DNA of 64,000 bases from Candidatus Eiseniibacteriota bacterium (GTDB taxonomy: Bacteria > Eisenbacteria > RBG-16-71-46), in the NCBI GenBank assembly GCA_963744995.1, contig CAVUWA010000002.1, forward strand, positions 1,120,001 through 1,184,000, in the 5' to 3' direction. This document shows positions 16,363 to 25,867 of this stretch, piece by piece (position 1 is the stretch's first letter; every line of letters starts with the position of its first letter). Made by a program: the position numbers and the translations under genes. The notes under the pieces were generated by a model. The model was not told where the DNA came from, ran no database searches, and worked only from the letters and a program-made list of their open reading frames with translations.

Positions 16363-19002
16363 ATTCACCCCGGCCAACCCGACAGACTGCAGCAACCCTA
16401 CGATCCGGCCCGCATCGAGCCGGCCTGGTACGGGCGCTGGGAGGAAGCGGGGGTGCTCCGCCCGCAGCCGGGCAGCGGGCGGCCGTTCGTGATCTCGATC
16501 CCGCCGCCCAACGTGACCGGCTCGCTCACCATGGGACACCTGCTCGGCGAGTCGGTGCGCGACGTGGTGATCCGCTGGCAGCGCATGGAGGGCCGCGAAA
16601 CCCTCTACGTGCCCGGCATGGACCACGCCGGCATCGCGACCCAGAACGTGGTCGAGAAGAAGCTGCGCGCGGAAGGCCGCGACCGCCGCACGATGGGACG
16701 CGAAGCGTTCCTCGACGAAGCGTGGGCCTGGAAGGAACAGTACGGCGGCCTGATCCTCGAGCAGCTCCGCAGCTTCGGCATCACGCCGGACTGGAGCCGC
16801 GAGCGGTTCACGCTCGATCCGGCCTACTCGCACGCGGTGCTGCACGTCTTCAAGGCGCTCTACGACAAGGGACTGATCTATCGCGGGCGCTACATCGTCA
16901 ACTGGTGCCCGCACGACCAGACCGCGCTCTCCGACGAGGAAGTGGATCACCGGGAGACCGCGGGCTCGCTCTGGTTCATCCGCTATCCGATCAAGGACTC
17001 GGACAGGTCCATCACGGTCGCCACGACGCGCCCCGAGACCATGCTCGGCGACACCGGCGTCGCGGTGCACCCGGACGACCGCCGCTACGCGCACCTGGTC
17101 GGCAAGACGGCGATCCTGCCGCTCGCGCGGCGCGAAATCCCGATCGTGGCCGACACGATGGTGGATCCCAGGTTCGGCACGGGGGCGGTCAAGATCACCC
17201 CCGCGCACGATCCCAACGACTTCGAAACCGCGCAGCGCTGCGGGCTGCCGGAGCTGATCGTGCTCGACGAGCGCGGCCGCATGAACGAGAACGCCGGCGA
17301 CTTCCGCGGCCTCGACCGTTTCGAGGCGCGCAAACGCATCGTCGCGGCCCTCGAGGATGCGGGCTACATCGAGAAGACCGAGCCGCATTCGCGCCCGGTG
17401 GGCCACTGCTCGCGCTGCGACACGGTGATCGAGCCCTACCTGTCGTGGCAGTGGTTCGTGAAGATGAGGCCGCTCGCCGAGCCCGCGATCGAAGCCGCGA
17501 AGAAGGGTCGGGTGAAGTTCTACCCGGCGCGCTGGAAGAAGGTGTACCTGCACTGGCTCGAGAACATCCGCGACTGGTGCATCTCGCGGCAGCTGTGGTG
17601 GGGCCACCGGATTCCGGTCTGGTATCGCGGCGACGAGATGGTGGTGTCGCTCGAGGCGCCGGCGGGCGACGGCTGGCGCCAGGACGAGGACGTGCTCGAC
17701 ACCTGGTTCTCGTCCTGGCTGTGGCCGTTCGCGATCCTCGGCTGGCCCGAGGAAACCGAGGACCTGCAGCGCTACTATCCGAACAGCCTCATGGTCACCG
17801 CAGCGGACATCATCTTCTTCTGGGTCGCGCGCATGGTGATGGCCGGGCTCGAATTCCGGGGCGAGGTGCCGTTCCGGCACGTCTACTTTACGAGCCTCAT
17901 CCGCGACGCGCAGGGCCGCAAGATGTCGAAGTCGCTCGGCAACTCGCCCGACCCGCTGGCGATGATCGGCGCGTACGGCGCCGACGCGGTGCGCTTCACG
18001 ATGATCTACCTGACCCCGACCGGGCAGGACCTGCTGTTCGACGAGAAGCGGCTCGAGACCGGCAAGTTCTTCGCGAACAAGGTGTGGAACGCGGCGAAGC
18101 TGGTGACCATGCGCCTCGGCGACGAGGACGTGGCGGCGATCAGGGAGTCGAGCCTCACGCTCTCGCTGGCCGATCGCTGGCTGCTGTCGCGGTTCGCCAA
18201 CGCGGTGAAGGACGTGGGCCGCTACCTCAAGACCTACCGGCTCAACGAGGCGGCGAGCGCGGTGTACCAGTTCATCTGGCACGACTACTGCGACTGGTAC
18301 CTCGAGATGGCGAAGCCGCGCTGGGGCGAGGAGGCCGACCCCGACGACCGGCGCGCGGCGCGCTGGGTGTCATGGAAGGTTCTGGACGGCCTGCTGCGCC
18401 TGCTGCATCCATTCATGCCGCACGTCTCGGAGGAGATCTGGCAGGCCATTCCGCACGAGGGCGAGTTGCTCGCGCTGGCGAAGTGGCCCAAGGCGAAGAA
18501 GGCGTGGTTCGACGCCGCGGCCGAGAACGAGATCGCGTTCCTTCAGGAACTGGTCGTGGCGGTGCGCAACCTGCGCGCCGAGATGAACGTGCCGCCGGGC
18601 CGTCGCGTGACGGTGGTGCTGCGCGGTGCGGCGGCGCTGCTCGATACCGTCGAGCGCCTCGACGCCCAGATTCGCGCGCTCGCGCGCATCGAGACGCTCA
18701 CGCTCGCGCGCGACGGCAAGCGCCCTCAGGTCGCCTCCTCGGCGGTGGTGCGCGGCATCGAGGTGTTCCTGCCGCTCGAGGGCCTGATCGATCTCGACGC
18801 CGAACGCTCCCGGCTCGCGCGCGAGTCGGACAAGGTGGTGGCCGAGCTCGACGGCGTGCGCCGCAAGCTGCGCAACCAGGACTTCCTGAACAAGGCCCGC
18901 GCCGACGTGGTGGACCGCGAGAAGCAGCGCCTCGAGACGCTCGAGGCGACGATCGCGAAGCTGCAGCGCGCGCAGGAAAACCTGAAGTCGGTTTCGGCAT
19001 GA
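16363..19002 (+). CDS. valS: Valine--tRNA ligase (probable ATT start at 16363; first canonical start is GTG 16453)
   Basis: PPPNVTGSLTMGH, DWCISRQLWWGHRIP, KMSKSLGN, C-terminal coiled coil; conserved YDP..IE..WY..W lies upstream of 16453. Confidence 0.96.
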   Translation: MHPGQPDRLQQPYDPARIEPAWYGRWEEAGVLRPQPGSGRPFVISIPPPNVTGSLTMGHLLGESVRDVVIRWQRMEGRETLYVPGMDHAGIATQNVVEKKLRAEGRDRRTMGREAFLDEAWAWKEQYGGLILEQLRSFGITPDWSRERFTLDPAYSHAVLHVFKALYDKGLIYRGRYIVNWCPHDQTALSDEEVDHRETAGSLWFIRYPIKDSDRSITVATTRPETMLGDTGVAVHPDDRRYAHLVGKTAILPLARREIPIVADTMVDPRFGTGAVKITPAHDPNDFETAQRCGLPELIVLDERGRMNENAGDFRGLDRFEARKRIVAALEDAGYIEKTEPHSRPVGHCSRCDTVIEPYLSWQWFVKMRPLAEPAIEAAKKGRVKFYPARWKKVYLHWLENIRDWCISRQLWWGHRIPVWYRGDEMVVSLEAPAGDGWRQDEDVLDTWFSSWLWPFAILGWPEETEDLQRYYPNSLMVTAADIIFFWVARMVMAGLEFRGEVPFRHVYFTSLIRDAQGRKMSKSLGNSPDPLAMIGAYGADAVRFTMIYLTPTGQDLLFDEKRLETGKFFANKVWNAAKLVTMRLGDEDVAAIRESSLTLSLADRWLLSRFANAVKDVGRYLKTYRLNEAASAVYQFIWHDYCDWYLEMAKPRWGEEADPDDRRAARWVSWKVLDGLLRLLHPFMPHVSEEIWQAIPHEGELLALAKWPKAKKAWFDAAAENEIAFLQELVVAVRNLRAEMNVPPGRRVTVVLRGAAALLDTVERLDAQIRALARIETLTLARDGKRPQVASSAVVRGIEVFLPLEGLIDLDAERSRLARESDKVVAELDGVRRKLRNQDFLNKARADVVDREKQRLETLEATIAKLQRAQENLKSVSA

Positions 19003-19904
19003 GCACGGCCCGCGCGGCACTCGCCCTCCTGGCGCTGGCATTCGGCGCCGTCCCGGCGTTCGCCGAGGCTCCGCTGGTGCCGACCCGCGAAGGCCGGCCC
19101 CCGGTCGTCCACGACCGGCTGCACGAGCACGGCGCCACGCTGCTGCGCTTCCGCGACGGCATCCTGCATTTCGCCCTGGTGCTCGATCAGAAGCCGGCAC
19201 GGATCGAAGAGCGGCGCGTGACGCTCGCCGACGGCCGGACGATCGACTTCCACTGGAGCTCACGCTCGCTGTGGATCGCGGGGGAGAAGTTCGAGCTGCC
19301 GTTCGGCGACGTGATCCTGGTCTCGACGCGCGACTCGGTGCGTGCCCGTGCGCTGGAGTTCCGCGCCGTGCGCGGCGATCTGCTGCTCGAACAGCTCATG
19401 CACGAGCCGGAGGCCGCGGCGTGGATCGAGTCCTACGGCACCTCGGGCGCACCGCCGGTGCGCCAGGACGCGCAGGCGTCCACCGAACCGCGTCACACCA
19501 CCGAAGTCGCCGAGTGGAACTGGCGCGGGCTGCACGCGCTCACCTACCTGCTGAGCGGGCAGCCGCTGTTCGTGGTCGTGGCCGACCGCCCGGTGTACAT
19601 GGGCGGCACGCGCACCTCGTTCGGCGGGTTCGACGAGGCGGACGTCCGCATCGGCGCGGCGGCCGGCGACCGGCTGCGGGTGAACCGCCGCAGGGCGACC
19701 TTCGAGCTGCGCGCGGGCGCCGATCATCCACGCGAGCGCGAGTTCGAGCTCGACAACGGACGCGCCTTCCTCACCGCCGGCGACGCCGTGCGGCAGGTGA
19801 ACGTGCGCTTCGACCTCGGCCCCGACGTGGCCGACACGCTGATCGATCGCATCGAGGCGCTGCCGGACGTCGCGAGCCACCTCGGGCTCGCCGCGGCGCG
19901 GTAG
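18999..19904 (+). CDS. Exported hypothetical protein with two similar halves
   Basis: Signal peptide ending AFA; ATGA overlap with valS; internal repeat. Confidence 0.7.
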   Translation: MSTARAALALLALAFGAVPAFAEAPLVPTREGRPPVVHDRLHEHGATLLRFRDGILHFALVLDQKPARIEERRVTLADGRTIDFHWSSRSLWIAGEKFELPFGDVILVSTRDSVRARALEFRAVRGDLLLEQLMHEPEAAAWIESYGTSGAPPVRQDAQASTEPRHTTEVAEWNWRGLHALTYLLSGQPLFVVVADRPVYMGGTRTSFGGFDEADVRIGAAAGDRLRVNRRRATFELRAGADHPREREFELDNGRAFLTAGDAVRQVNVRFDLGPDVADTLIDRIEALPDVASHLGLAAAR

Positions 19905-19909
19905 GCTCC

Positions 19910-20359
19910 ATGGGCGAGCGGCTGGTGCTGCGCACCGCGGGGCCGGCCGATCTCGAGTGGATCAACGCCCGCTACGCCGAGGCCGACTTCCTCCCGTCGG
20001 ATCCGTCGCACACGGTGGTGATCGCCGAACTCGGCGGCGAGCCTGCAGGGGTCGGCCGGCTGGTTCCGGCCGGCGACGGTGCGTTCGAGCTCGGCGGCAT
20101 GTTCGTACGCCCCGCGCATCGCGGCCGCGGGATCTCCACGGCGCTCGTGGCCGCACTGCTCGACGCGGCGCAGGGCGCCTGCGTCTACTGCATCCCGTAC
20201 GCACGCCTCGCGCCCCTCTATGCGCGGGCCGGCTTCGTGCCGGGCGAGGAAGGCGCGCCGCTGCCCGCGCCGATCGCGGCGAAGCTCGCCTGGTGCAAAG
20301 GGCACTACACCGAACCGGTCTGCCTCATGCAGAATGGAGTCCGGCCGGCGGCGCGGTGA
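19910..20359 (+). CDS. GNAT-family N-acetyltransferase
   Basis: ELGGMFVRPAHRGRGISTALV, LYARAGF. Confidence 0.88.
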   Translation: MGERLVLRTAGPADLEWINARYAEADFLPSDPSHTVVIAELGGEPAGVGRLVPAGDGAFELGGMFVRPAHRGRGISTALVAALLDAAQGACVYCIPYARLAPLYARAGFVPGEEGAPLPAPIAAKLAWCKGHYTEPVCLMQNGVRPAAR

Positions 20360-20600
20360 GCCCGTCGCGCCCGCCGGCGCCGCCGCCGCGTCCGCCGGCG
20401 TCACCCGTCACGCCCGTGGGGATCATGCATCGGAGCGCGTTCCTCGGAGCCATGCGACGCTCGACCGCGCGCGTCGTCGCGCGTACGGGGGAGCCGCTCC
20501 GGGTCCGCGGCGATGCGTGCCGGGCATCCGCGGCCCGCGCCGGCCGGCCATGCGACCGCGATGGCCGGACCGTCGCGGGAACGGCCGTGGCGGCACGCCG

Positions 20601-22460
20601 GTGAGCGGCGCCGCGGCGTCCCGCGCGGTGCGCCTCGCCGCCATCGTCGTCGTCCTGCTCACCGCGCTCGTGGCGGTGCGGGTGTGCGGCGCCATGTGGC
20701 GCGAAGCCGTGCGCGACCACGGTTTCCAGATGTACGACAACAACGAGAACGCGCTCGACGGGGTGCGCATGGCGGACGACCTGCACGCCGGCCGCTTCGG
20801 CGACTTCCTGCGTGAGGTCGGGGCGCGCACGGTCTGGCCGCCGCTGCTGCCGCTGCTCGAGACGCCCGGATTCATGATGTTCGGCCCGGACTACGACACC
20901 GCCGAGCGGCAGATGGTGGTCTTCGGCTTCCTCGTGCTGCTCGCCGCGGCCGCGGCGGGCCTCGCGCTCGGCGGCACGCGCGGCGTGCTGGTCGCCGGCC
21001 TGCTCACGGCTCTGATCGCCTCGAGCCCGTTCTACGCGAGTTTCATGGTCGAGATCATGAGCGAGGGTCCGGCGAGCCTGTTCTGGCTGGGGTCGATGGC
21101 GTTCTACGTGCGCTGGGTTCGGACGGGACGCCGCGGCGATCTCGCCGGCTGCTGCCTGCTCGGCTTCGGACTGTTCATGCTCAAGTTCAACTATGGGGCG
21201 CTGTGGGCGGCGCCGATCGTGCTCCACGAGCTGTGGCGTGCCGGCGTGCGGCCCGCGACGCTCGCCGCGCGCTGGCGCACGCGGCCGAAGATCGCGCCGC
21301 TCTGGTGGATCTACGCATGCCTGGTGTCGGCGGCGGCGGTGTTTCTCGCCGCGCGCCTGCTGGACCGCGGCTGGGGCGCGTCCGGTTTCTCGCATGCGGT
21401 GGCCCGGGCGCGCATCCACGGCCTCGCGCTGCCCACGCTGGGCGTGATGGTGCTGGCGGCGCTGCCGTTCGCACTGCACCCGCGGGCGACGCGGCGCGCA
21501 CTGGGTGCGGCCTGGCGGGCCGCCGGTCCGTTCGGGCGCACGCTGTTCGCCCTCGTGATCGTGCCGACCACGGTCTGGTTCGCGGTGCCCGCGCACGCGA
21601 AGGGCCTGCTCCACTTCCTCGCCGGCCGCGTCCCGACGATTCCGGTCTGGAGCATCGAGGGATTCCTGTATTATCCGCGGCTCTTCGTCACCCAGTACGC
21701 GCCGACCGTCTGGATCGGCGTCGTGACGCTGCTGCTGGCGTTCGGGTCCGTGGCCCTGCTGTCGCGGCTCAGGCCCGCGGAACGCGTGCTGCCGGTGGCG
21801 CTCGCGATTCAATTCACCCTGGTCACGCTGCACCCGGTCAAGGGTGACCGCTACTTCTACACGATCGCGTTCGTGGTGTGGATCTGCGCGGCGCTGACTC
21901 TGGCCGCGCTGACGGAGGCGGCGGCACGCGCCGTGCGGCGGCCGGGCGTCGCGCCGCTGATCGCACCGCTGGCGCTCGCCGCGGTGCTGTGGAGCGGGGT
22001 GGACCTGCCGCGCGTCCGGGCCCAGCTCGCCATCGTGCACGTACCGGCGAGCGTCGGCCGGGTGCTCGACGCGGTGACGGACATCGAGGTCGCCGCGCGC
22101 GGCACGGTCCTGTTCGGGACTTGGAACCGTCTCGCCCCGCCGCTGGTGCAGTGGCACCAGCGCCAGCGCCATCCGCACAGCCGCGCGCCACGCGCGGAGA
22201 ATCCAACCTGGTTCGACACCGACCGACCCGGCCCGCTGCTCGACCGGATCGCCGCCGACCCCGGCGTCGACACGGTGATCGCGCTGGAGCTGCGCCCGGG
22301 GTATCCGGAGTACTCGACGAACTTCGATCTCGAGAATGCCTGGCAGAAGCCGGCGCTGGCGCGGCTGGCCGCCGACCCGCGCTTCGAGCGCGAGCAACTC
22401 GAGCGGTTCGACGATTCCGGCTACGTGATGACGGTCTACCGCAAGCGCGCCGTGCGCTGA
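20601..22460 (+). CDS. Multi-pass membrane protein, GT-C (ArnT/PMT-like) glycosyltransferase
   Basis: YD in first loop, WPPL, many TM helices, DRYFY, soluble C-terminal domain; start uncertain. Confidence 0.6.
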   Translation: MSGAAASRAVRLAAIVVVLLTALVAVRVCGAMWREAVRDHGFQMYDNNENALDGVRMADDLHAGRFGDFLREVGARTVWPPLLPLLETPGFMMFGPDYDTAERQMVVFGFLVLLAAAAAGLALGGTRGVLVAGLLTALIASSPFYASFMVEIMSEGPASLFWLGSMAFYVRWVRTGRRGDLAGCCLLGFGLFMLKFNYGALWAAPIVLHELWRAGVRPATLAARWRTRPKIAPLWWIYACLVSAAAVFLAARLLDRGWGASGFSHAVARARIHGLALPTLGVMVLAALPFALHPRATRRALGAAWRAAGPFGRTLFALVIVPTTVWFAVPAHAKGLLHFLAGRVPTIPVWSIEGFLYYPRLFVTQYAPTVWIGVVTLLLAFGSVALLSRLRPAERVLPVALAIQFTLVTLHPVKGDRYFYTIAFVVWICAALTLAALTEAAARAVRRPGVAPLIAPLALAAVLWSGVDLPRVRAQLAIVHVPASVGRVLDAVTDIEVAARGTVLFGTWNRLAPPLVQWHQRQRHPHSRAPRAENPTWFDTDRPGPLLDRIAADPGVDTVIALELRPGYPEYSTNFDLENAWQKPALARLAADPRFEREQLERFDDSGYVMTVYRKRAVR

Positions 22461-22704
22461 CCCGGCGGGCGCGGGACCGGCGCGCCCCTCGGGCGGCCGC
22501 GGGGTGCTCCGGCCGCCTCGATGCGCATCTCGACGGCACCGCACGCGCCTGCACGGGGCAGAGCCGGCGGCGCCCGGGGCATCGCGGGGCCGCGTCGGGC
22601 TCGACGATCGGGACGACGGTCCACTACACTGCGGCGGCATCCGGTTCCGGCGCCGGCATCGTGGCGCCGCCGCCGGCGGCGGGACTCAAGGAGGAGGAGG
22701 CGGG

Positions 22705-23667
22705 ATGCACGCAGACCAGCCGGCCGCGCGAATCGCGGTGCTGCTTCCCTGCTACAACGAGGCGCCGACCATCGCCAAAGTGGTCCGCGATTTCCGCGCC
22801 GCCCTGCCCGAAGCCGCGATCTACGTCTACGACAACAACAGCACCGACGACACGGCCCGCATCGCGCGCGAGGCGGGCGCACAGGTGCGCTTCGAGAAAC
22901 GGCAGGGCAAGGGCTACGTGATCGCCACGATGCTCGCCGAGGTCGAGGCCGACTACTACCTCATGGCCGACGGCGACGACACCTACCCGGCGGACAGCGC
23001 CCGCGACCTGCTGCGACCGGTGTTCGAGGGCCGTGCCGACATGGTGGTCGGCCAGCGCCTCGCCACCTACGAGGACGCATCCTTCCGCCCGCTGCACCTC
23101 TGGGGCAACCGGCTGGTGCGCGACCTGATCAACCTGATCTTCAGCGCGAAGCTCAAGGACATCCTGTCCGGATACCGCGCCTTCACCCGCGAGGTGGCGC
23201 TGCAGCTCCCGGTGGTCGCGTCCGGCTTCGACGTCGAGACCGAGATGACGCTGCAGCTGCTGTTCCGGCGCATGGTGATCCACGAGATCCCGATCGCCTA
23301 CGGCGTACGTCCCGCAGGCAGCGTCTCGAAACTGCGCACTTACAGCGACGGCCTGCGGGTGCTCATGAAGATCCTCGGGATCTTCAAGGCCTACAAGCCC
23401 ATGACCTTCTTCGGCGGGCTCGGCCTGATCTCCCTCGCCGTCGGGCTCGCCTGTGGCGGCGTCGTGCTGCGCGAGGTCCTGACCACCGGACACATCGACA
23501 GCGTCCCGCTGGCGATGCTGTCGGCGAGCACCGTGGTCCTGAGCTTTCTGCTGGCCTCGGTCGGCGTGACCCTGCACACGCTCAATTTCCGCATGCTCGA
23601 GATGACCCACGTGCTCTCGAAGCAGATCGGCGCGGCACGCCGCCCCGGCGCTCGCGGCGGCCCGTGA
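22705..23667 (+). CDS. GT2 polyprenol-phosphate glycosyltransferase (DPM1/GtrB-like)
   Basis: LLPCYNEA, YDNNSTD, ADGDDTY, DILSGYRAF, two C-terminal TM helices; strong RBS. Confidence 0.92.
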   Translation: MHADQPAARIAVLLPCYNEAPTIAKVVRDFRAALPEAAIYVYDNNSTDDTARIAREAGAQVRFEKRQGKGYVIATMLAEVEADYYLMADGDDTYPADSARDLLRPVFEGRADMVVGQRLATYEDASFRPLHLWGNRLVRDLINLIFSAKLKDILSGYRAFTREVALQLPVVASGFDVETEMTLQLLFRRMVIHEIPIAYGVRPAGSVSKLRTYSDGLRVLMKILGIFKAYKPMTFFGGLGLISLAVGLACGGVVLREVLTTGHIDSVPLAMLSASTVVLSFLLASVGVTLHTLNFRMLEMTHVLSKQIGAARRPGARGGP

Positions 23668-25202
23668 GCGACGCCGTGCCGGTGAGCGATCCTGCGCCCC
23701 TGAGTGCCGGGCGTGCCCGAGCGCTGTTCGTCGTGCTGTTCGCCGTCGCCGCGATGTCGCAGTGCATGCAGATCGGCGAGGCGTTCGTCGGCAAGCACGA
23801 GGGCTGGAATGCCGCCGTCTACGGCGTGGCGGCGCGCAATCACCTGACCTACGGTCTCGCCGCGACGCGGCTCGGCGTCGTGATCAACGGCGACACCGTG
23901 CCCCCGGCGGGCTTCCTCTACTACACCAATCATCCGCCGCTCCTGCCGCTGATGGTCGCGGCTTCGTTCGCGGTGTTCGGTCCGCACGAATGGGCCGCGC
24001 GGCTGGTGCCGATCCTGTTCACGCTGGTGAGCCTGATTCTGCTCTGGCGCATCGCGGCCCGGCTCGGAGACGAACGCTTCGCGCTGCTCGCCGCGACGAT
24101 CTTCGCGTTCGTGCCGATGAACGCCTTCTACGGCCGCATGGTGGACCATGAGGCGCCGACGCTGACGTTCGTGCTCGCCGCCCTGTACGCCTGGCTGCGC
24201 TGGCGCGAGGCGCCGGCGTCGCGCTGGTTCGGATGGACGCTGCTGTGGCTGGCCCTGGCGATGGCCACCGGCTGGCCGGGTTACTACATGGCGGGCCTGC
24301 TGCCGATCCATCACCTGCTCACCGCGCGCGGCGCGCGGCGCGACCGGCGCGTGCTCTGGCTCCCCGTGCTCGCCCTGGCTTCGTTCGGCGTGTTCCTGCT
24401 GCACGTGGCGTGGCTGCGTGGCGGCGGCGGGCTCGAGGAGCTGGTGAGCCAGTTCGCGACCCGCACCAGCGCCCGCGCCGGGGATTTCACCGGCGCTGCG
24501 GCCGGTCGTTTCTCGTGGCCCTCTTTCGCGCGGGTCTGGGCGGTCCGCGCCTACAAGCTGTTCACGCTGCCGGTGCTGCTGGTCGCGCTGTTCGAGCTCT
24601 GGGACGCGGCGCGGCGGCGCCGCGCCGCGGCGGGCCGCGCCCGCGGCATCGCGCTGCTGCTGCTCGCCTTCGGCGCGATCCACATGCTGCTGTTCCGGCA
24701 GGGCGCATGGGTGCACGACTACTGGGGCTTCTATCTGAGCGCGCCGCTTGCGCTGCTCGCCGCCGGCGGCGTGCTCGGTCTTTCCCGCGGACGCACCGCG
24801 CCGCGCGTGATCACCCTGTTCCTGCTGCTGTTCGTCCTCGCCGCGGCGCCGCGGGTGCGGGCGCTGTACGCGGCGGACGACGACCGCGTGATGGCGTTCA
24901 GCCGGATCGTGGCGGCCCACGCGCGGCACGGTGAGCTGGTGAGCACCAACGAAGGCTTCGTCAAGCCGCAGGTCGCCTGGTACGCGCAGCGCGACCCGAT
25001 CGAGACTCCGCTGTGGACGCCGGCGGCGCTGGCGGATACGCTGCGCAGCCGCGCCCCGCGGCCGGTTGCGTTCTTCCTGCTCGAAGGCGAGCCCGAGTCG
25101 GCGGCGCTCGACGGGTGGCTGTCGCCACGCTATCCGTTCGAGACGGATTCGATCGCCGGGCGGACGTATCGGATCTTCCACGTCTCCAGCGACAGACGTT
25201 GA
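23664..25202 (+). CDS. ArnT/GT39-like GT-C glycosyltransferase
   Basis: YTNHPPL, FGPHEWAARL, multi-TM; GTGA overlap with the GT2 gene. Confidence 0.78.
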   Translation: MSDAVPVSDPAPLSAGRARALFVVLFAVAAMSQCMQIGEAFVGKHEGWNAAVYGVAARNHLTYGLAATRLGVVINGDTVPPAGFLYYTNHPPLLPLMVAASFAVFGPHEWAARLVPILFTLVSLILLWRIAARLGDERFALLAATIFAFVPMNAFYGRMVDHEAPTLTFVLAALYAWLRWREAPASRWFGWTLLWLALAMATGWPGYYMAGLLPIHHLLTARGARRDRRVLWLPVLALASFGVFLLHVAWLRGGGGLEELVSQFATRTSARAGDFTGAAAGRFSWPSFARVWAVRAYKLFTLPVLLVALFELWDAARRRRAAAGRARGIALLLLAFGAIHMLLFRQGAWVHDYWGFYLSAPLALLAAGGVLGLSRGRTAPRVITLFLLLFVLAAAPRVRALYAADDDRVMAFSRIVAAHARHGELVSTNEGFVKPQVAWYAQRDPIETPLWTPAALADTLRSRAPRPVAFFLLEGEPESAALDGWLSPRYPFETDSIAGRTYRIFHVSSDRR

Positions 25203-25250
25203 GCGTTCACCGGCCACCATCCGGCGGCCGTCACCTTTCGAGGAGGCTTC

Positions 25251-25778
25251 ATGAAGAACCTGACCATCGCCTGCGCCTGTCTGCTGTGCCTCGCCGCGGC
25301 ATCGCCAGCGCGCGCGGCCGAAGCGAAGGCGTTCAATCTGGCCCTGTTCAACCCGGTGCAGATCTACGACGAGACCACGCCGGTCAACGGCGTGCGTCTG
25401 AACCTGATCTACGGCAAGAACGCCGACTTCTCGGGGCTCGACGTCGGCATCGTCAACGAGGTCGACGGGGAGTTCACCGGCCTCCAGTACGGCATCGTCG
25501 GGATCGTGCGCGGGGAGTTCCTGGGCTGGCAGGACAACGGCATCGCCAACTACGTGGACGGCGAGGCGCGCGGGCTGCAGTGGGGCGTGTTCAACTACGC
25601 CGGGACGATGATCGGCGTGCAGGCGGGGCTCGTGAACGTGAGCCACGACATGCACGGCGTCGCGCTCGCGCTGGTGAACAGCACCGAAAACCTGCGCGGC
25701 CTGCAGATCGGGCTCGTCAACATCGCGAGCAAGCTCAAGGGCCACCCGATCCTGCCGATCGTGAACTTCTCGTTCTGA
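25251..25778 (+). CDS. Exported protein with short G.Q.G..N repeats (LA_2272-like surface repeat)
   Basis: Signal peptide; GLQYGIVG / GLQWGVFN / GVQAGLVN / GLQIGLVN; C-terminal PIVNFSF. Confidence 0.8.
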   Translation: MKNLTIACACLLCLAAASPARAAEAKAFNLALFNPVQIYDETTPVNGVRLNLIYGKNADFSGLDVGIVNEVDGEFTGLQYGIVGIVRGEFLGWQDNGIANYVDGEARGLQWGVFNYAGTMIGVQAGLVNVSHDMHGVALALVNSTENLRGLQIGLVNIASKLKGHPILPIVNFSF

Positions 25779-25867
25779 ACGTGCGTGCGCGGGGGGCGTC
25801 GCAGCGGGCGTCGTCCCCCGCGCCGCAGCGGCCGGCACCGCGTGGGCGCGGATACCGCGGCCCGGCT

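Noticed and set aside
16272..19904. 1210-aa ORF overlapping valS
   Set aside because: Only the last 301 codons (from ATG 18999) look like a real protein; the rest is an off-frame read of valS.
25420..25725. Periodic sequence as a possible CRISPR or DNA repeat array
   Set aside because: The periodicity is at protein level (G.Q.G..N repeats); there are no identical nucleotide repeats with spacers.
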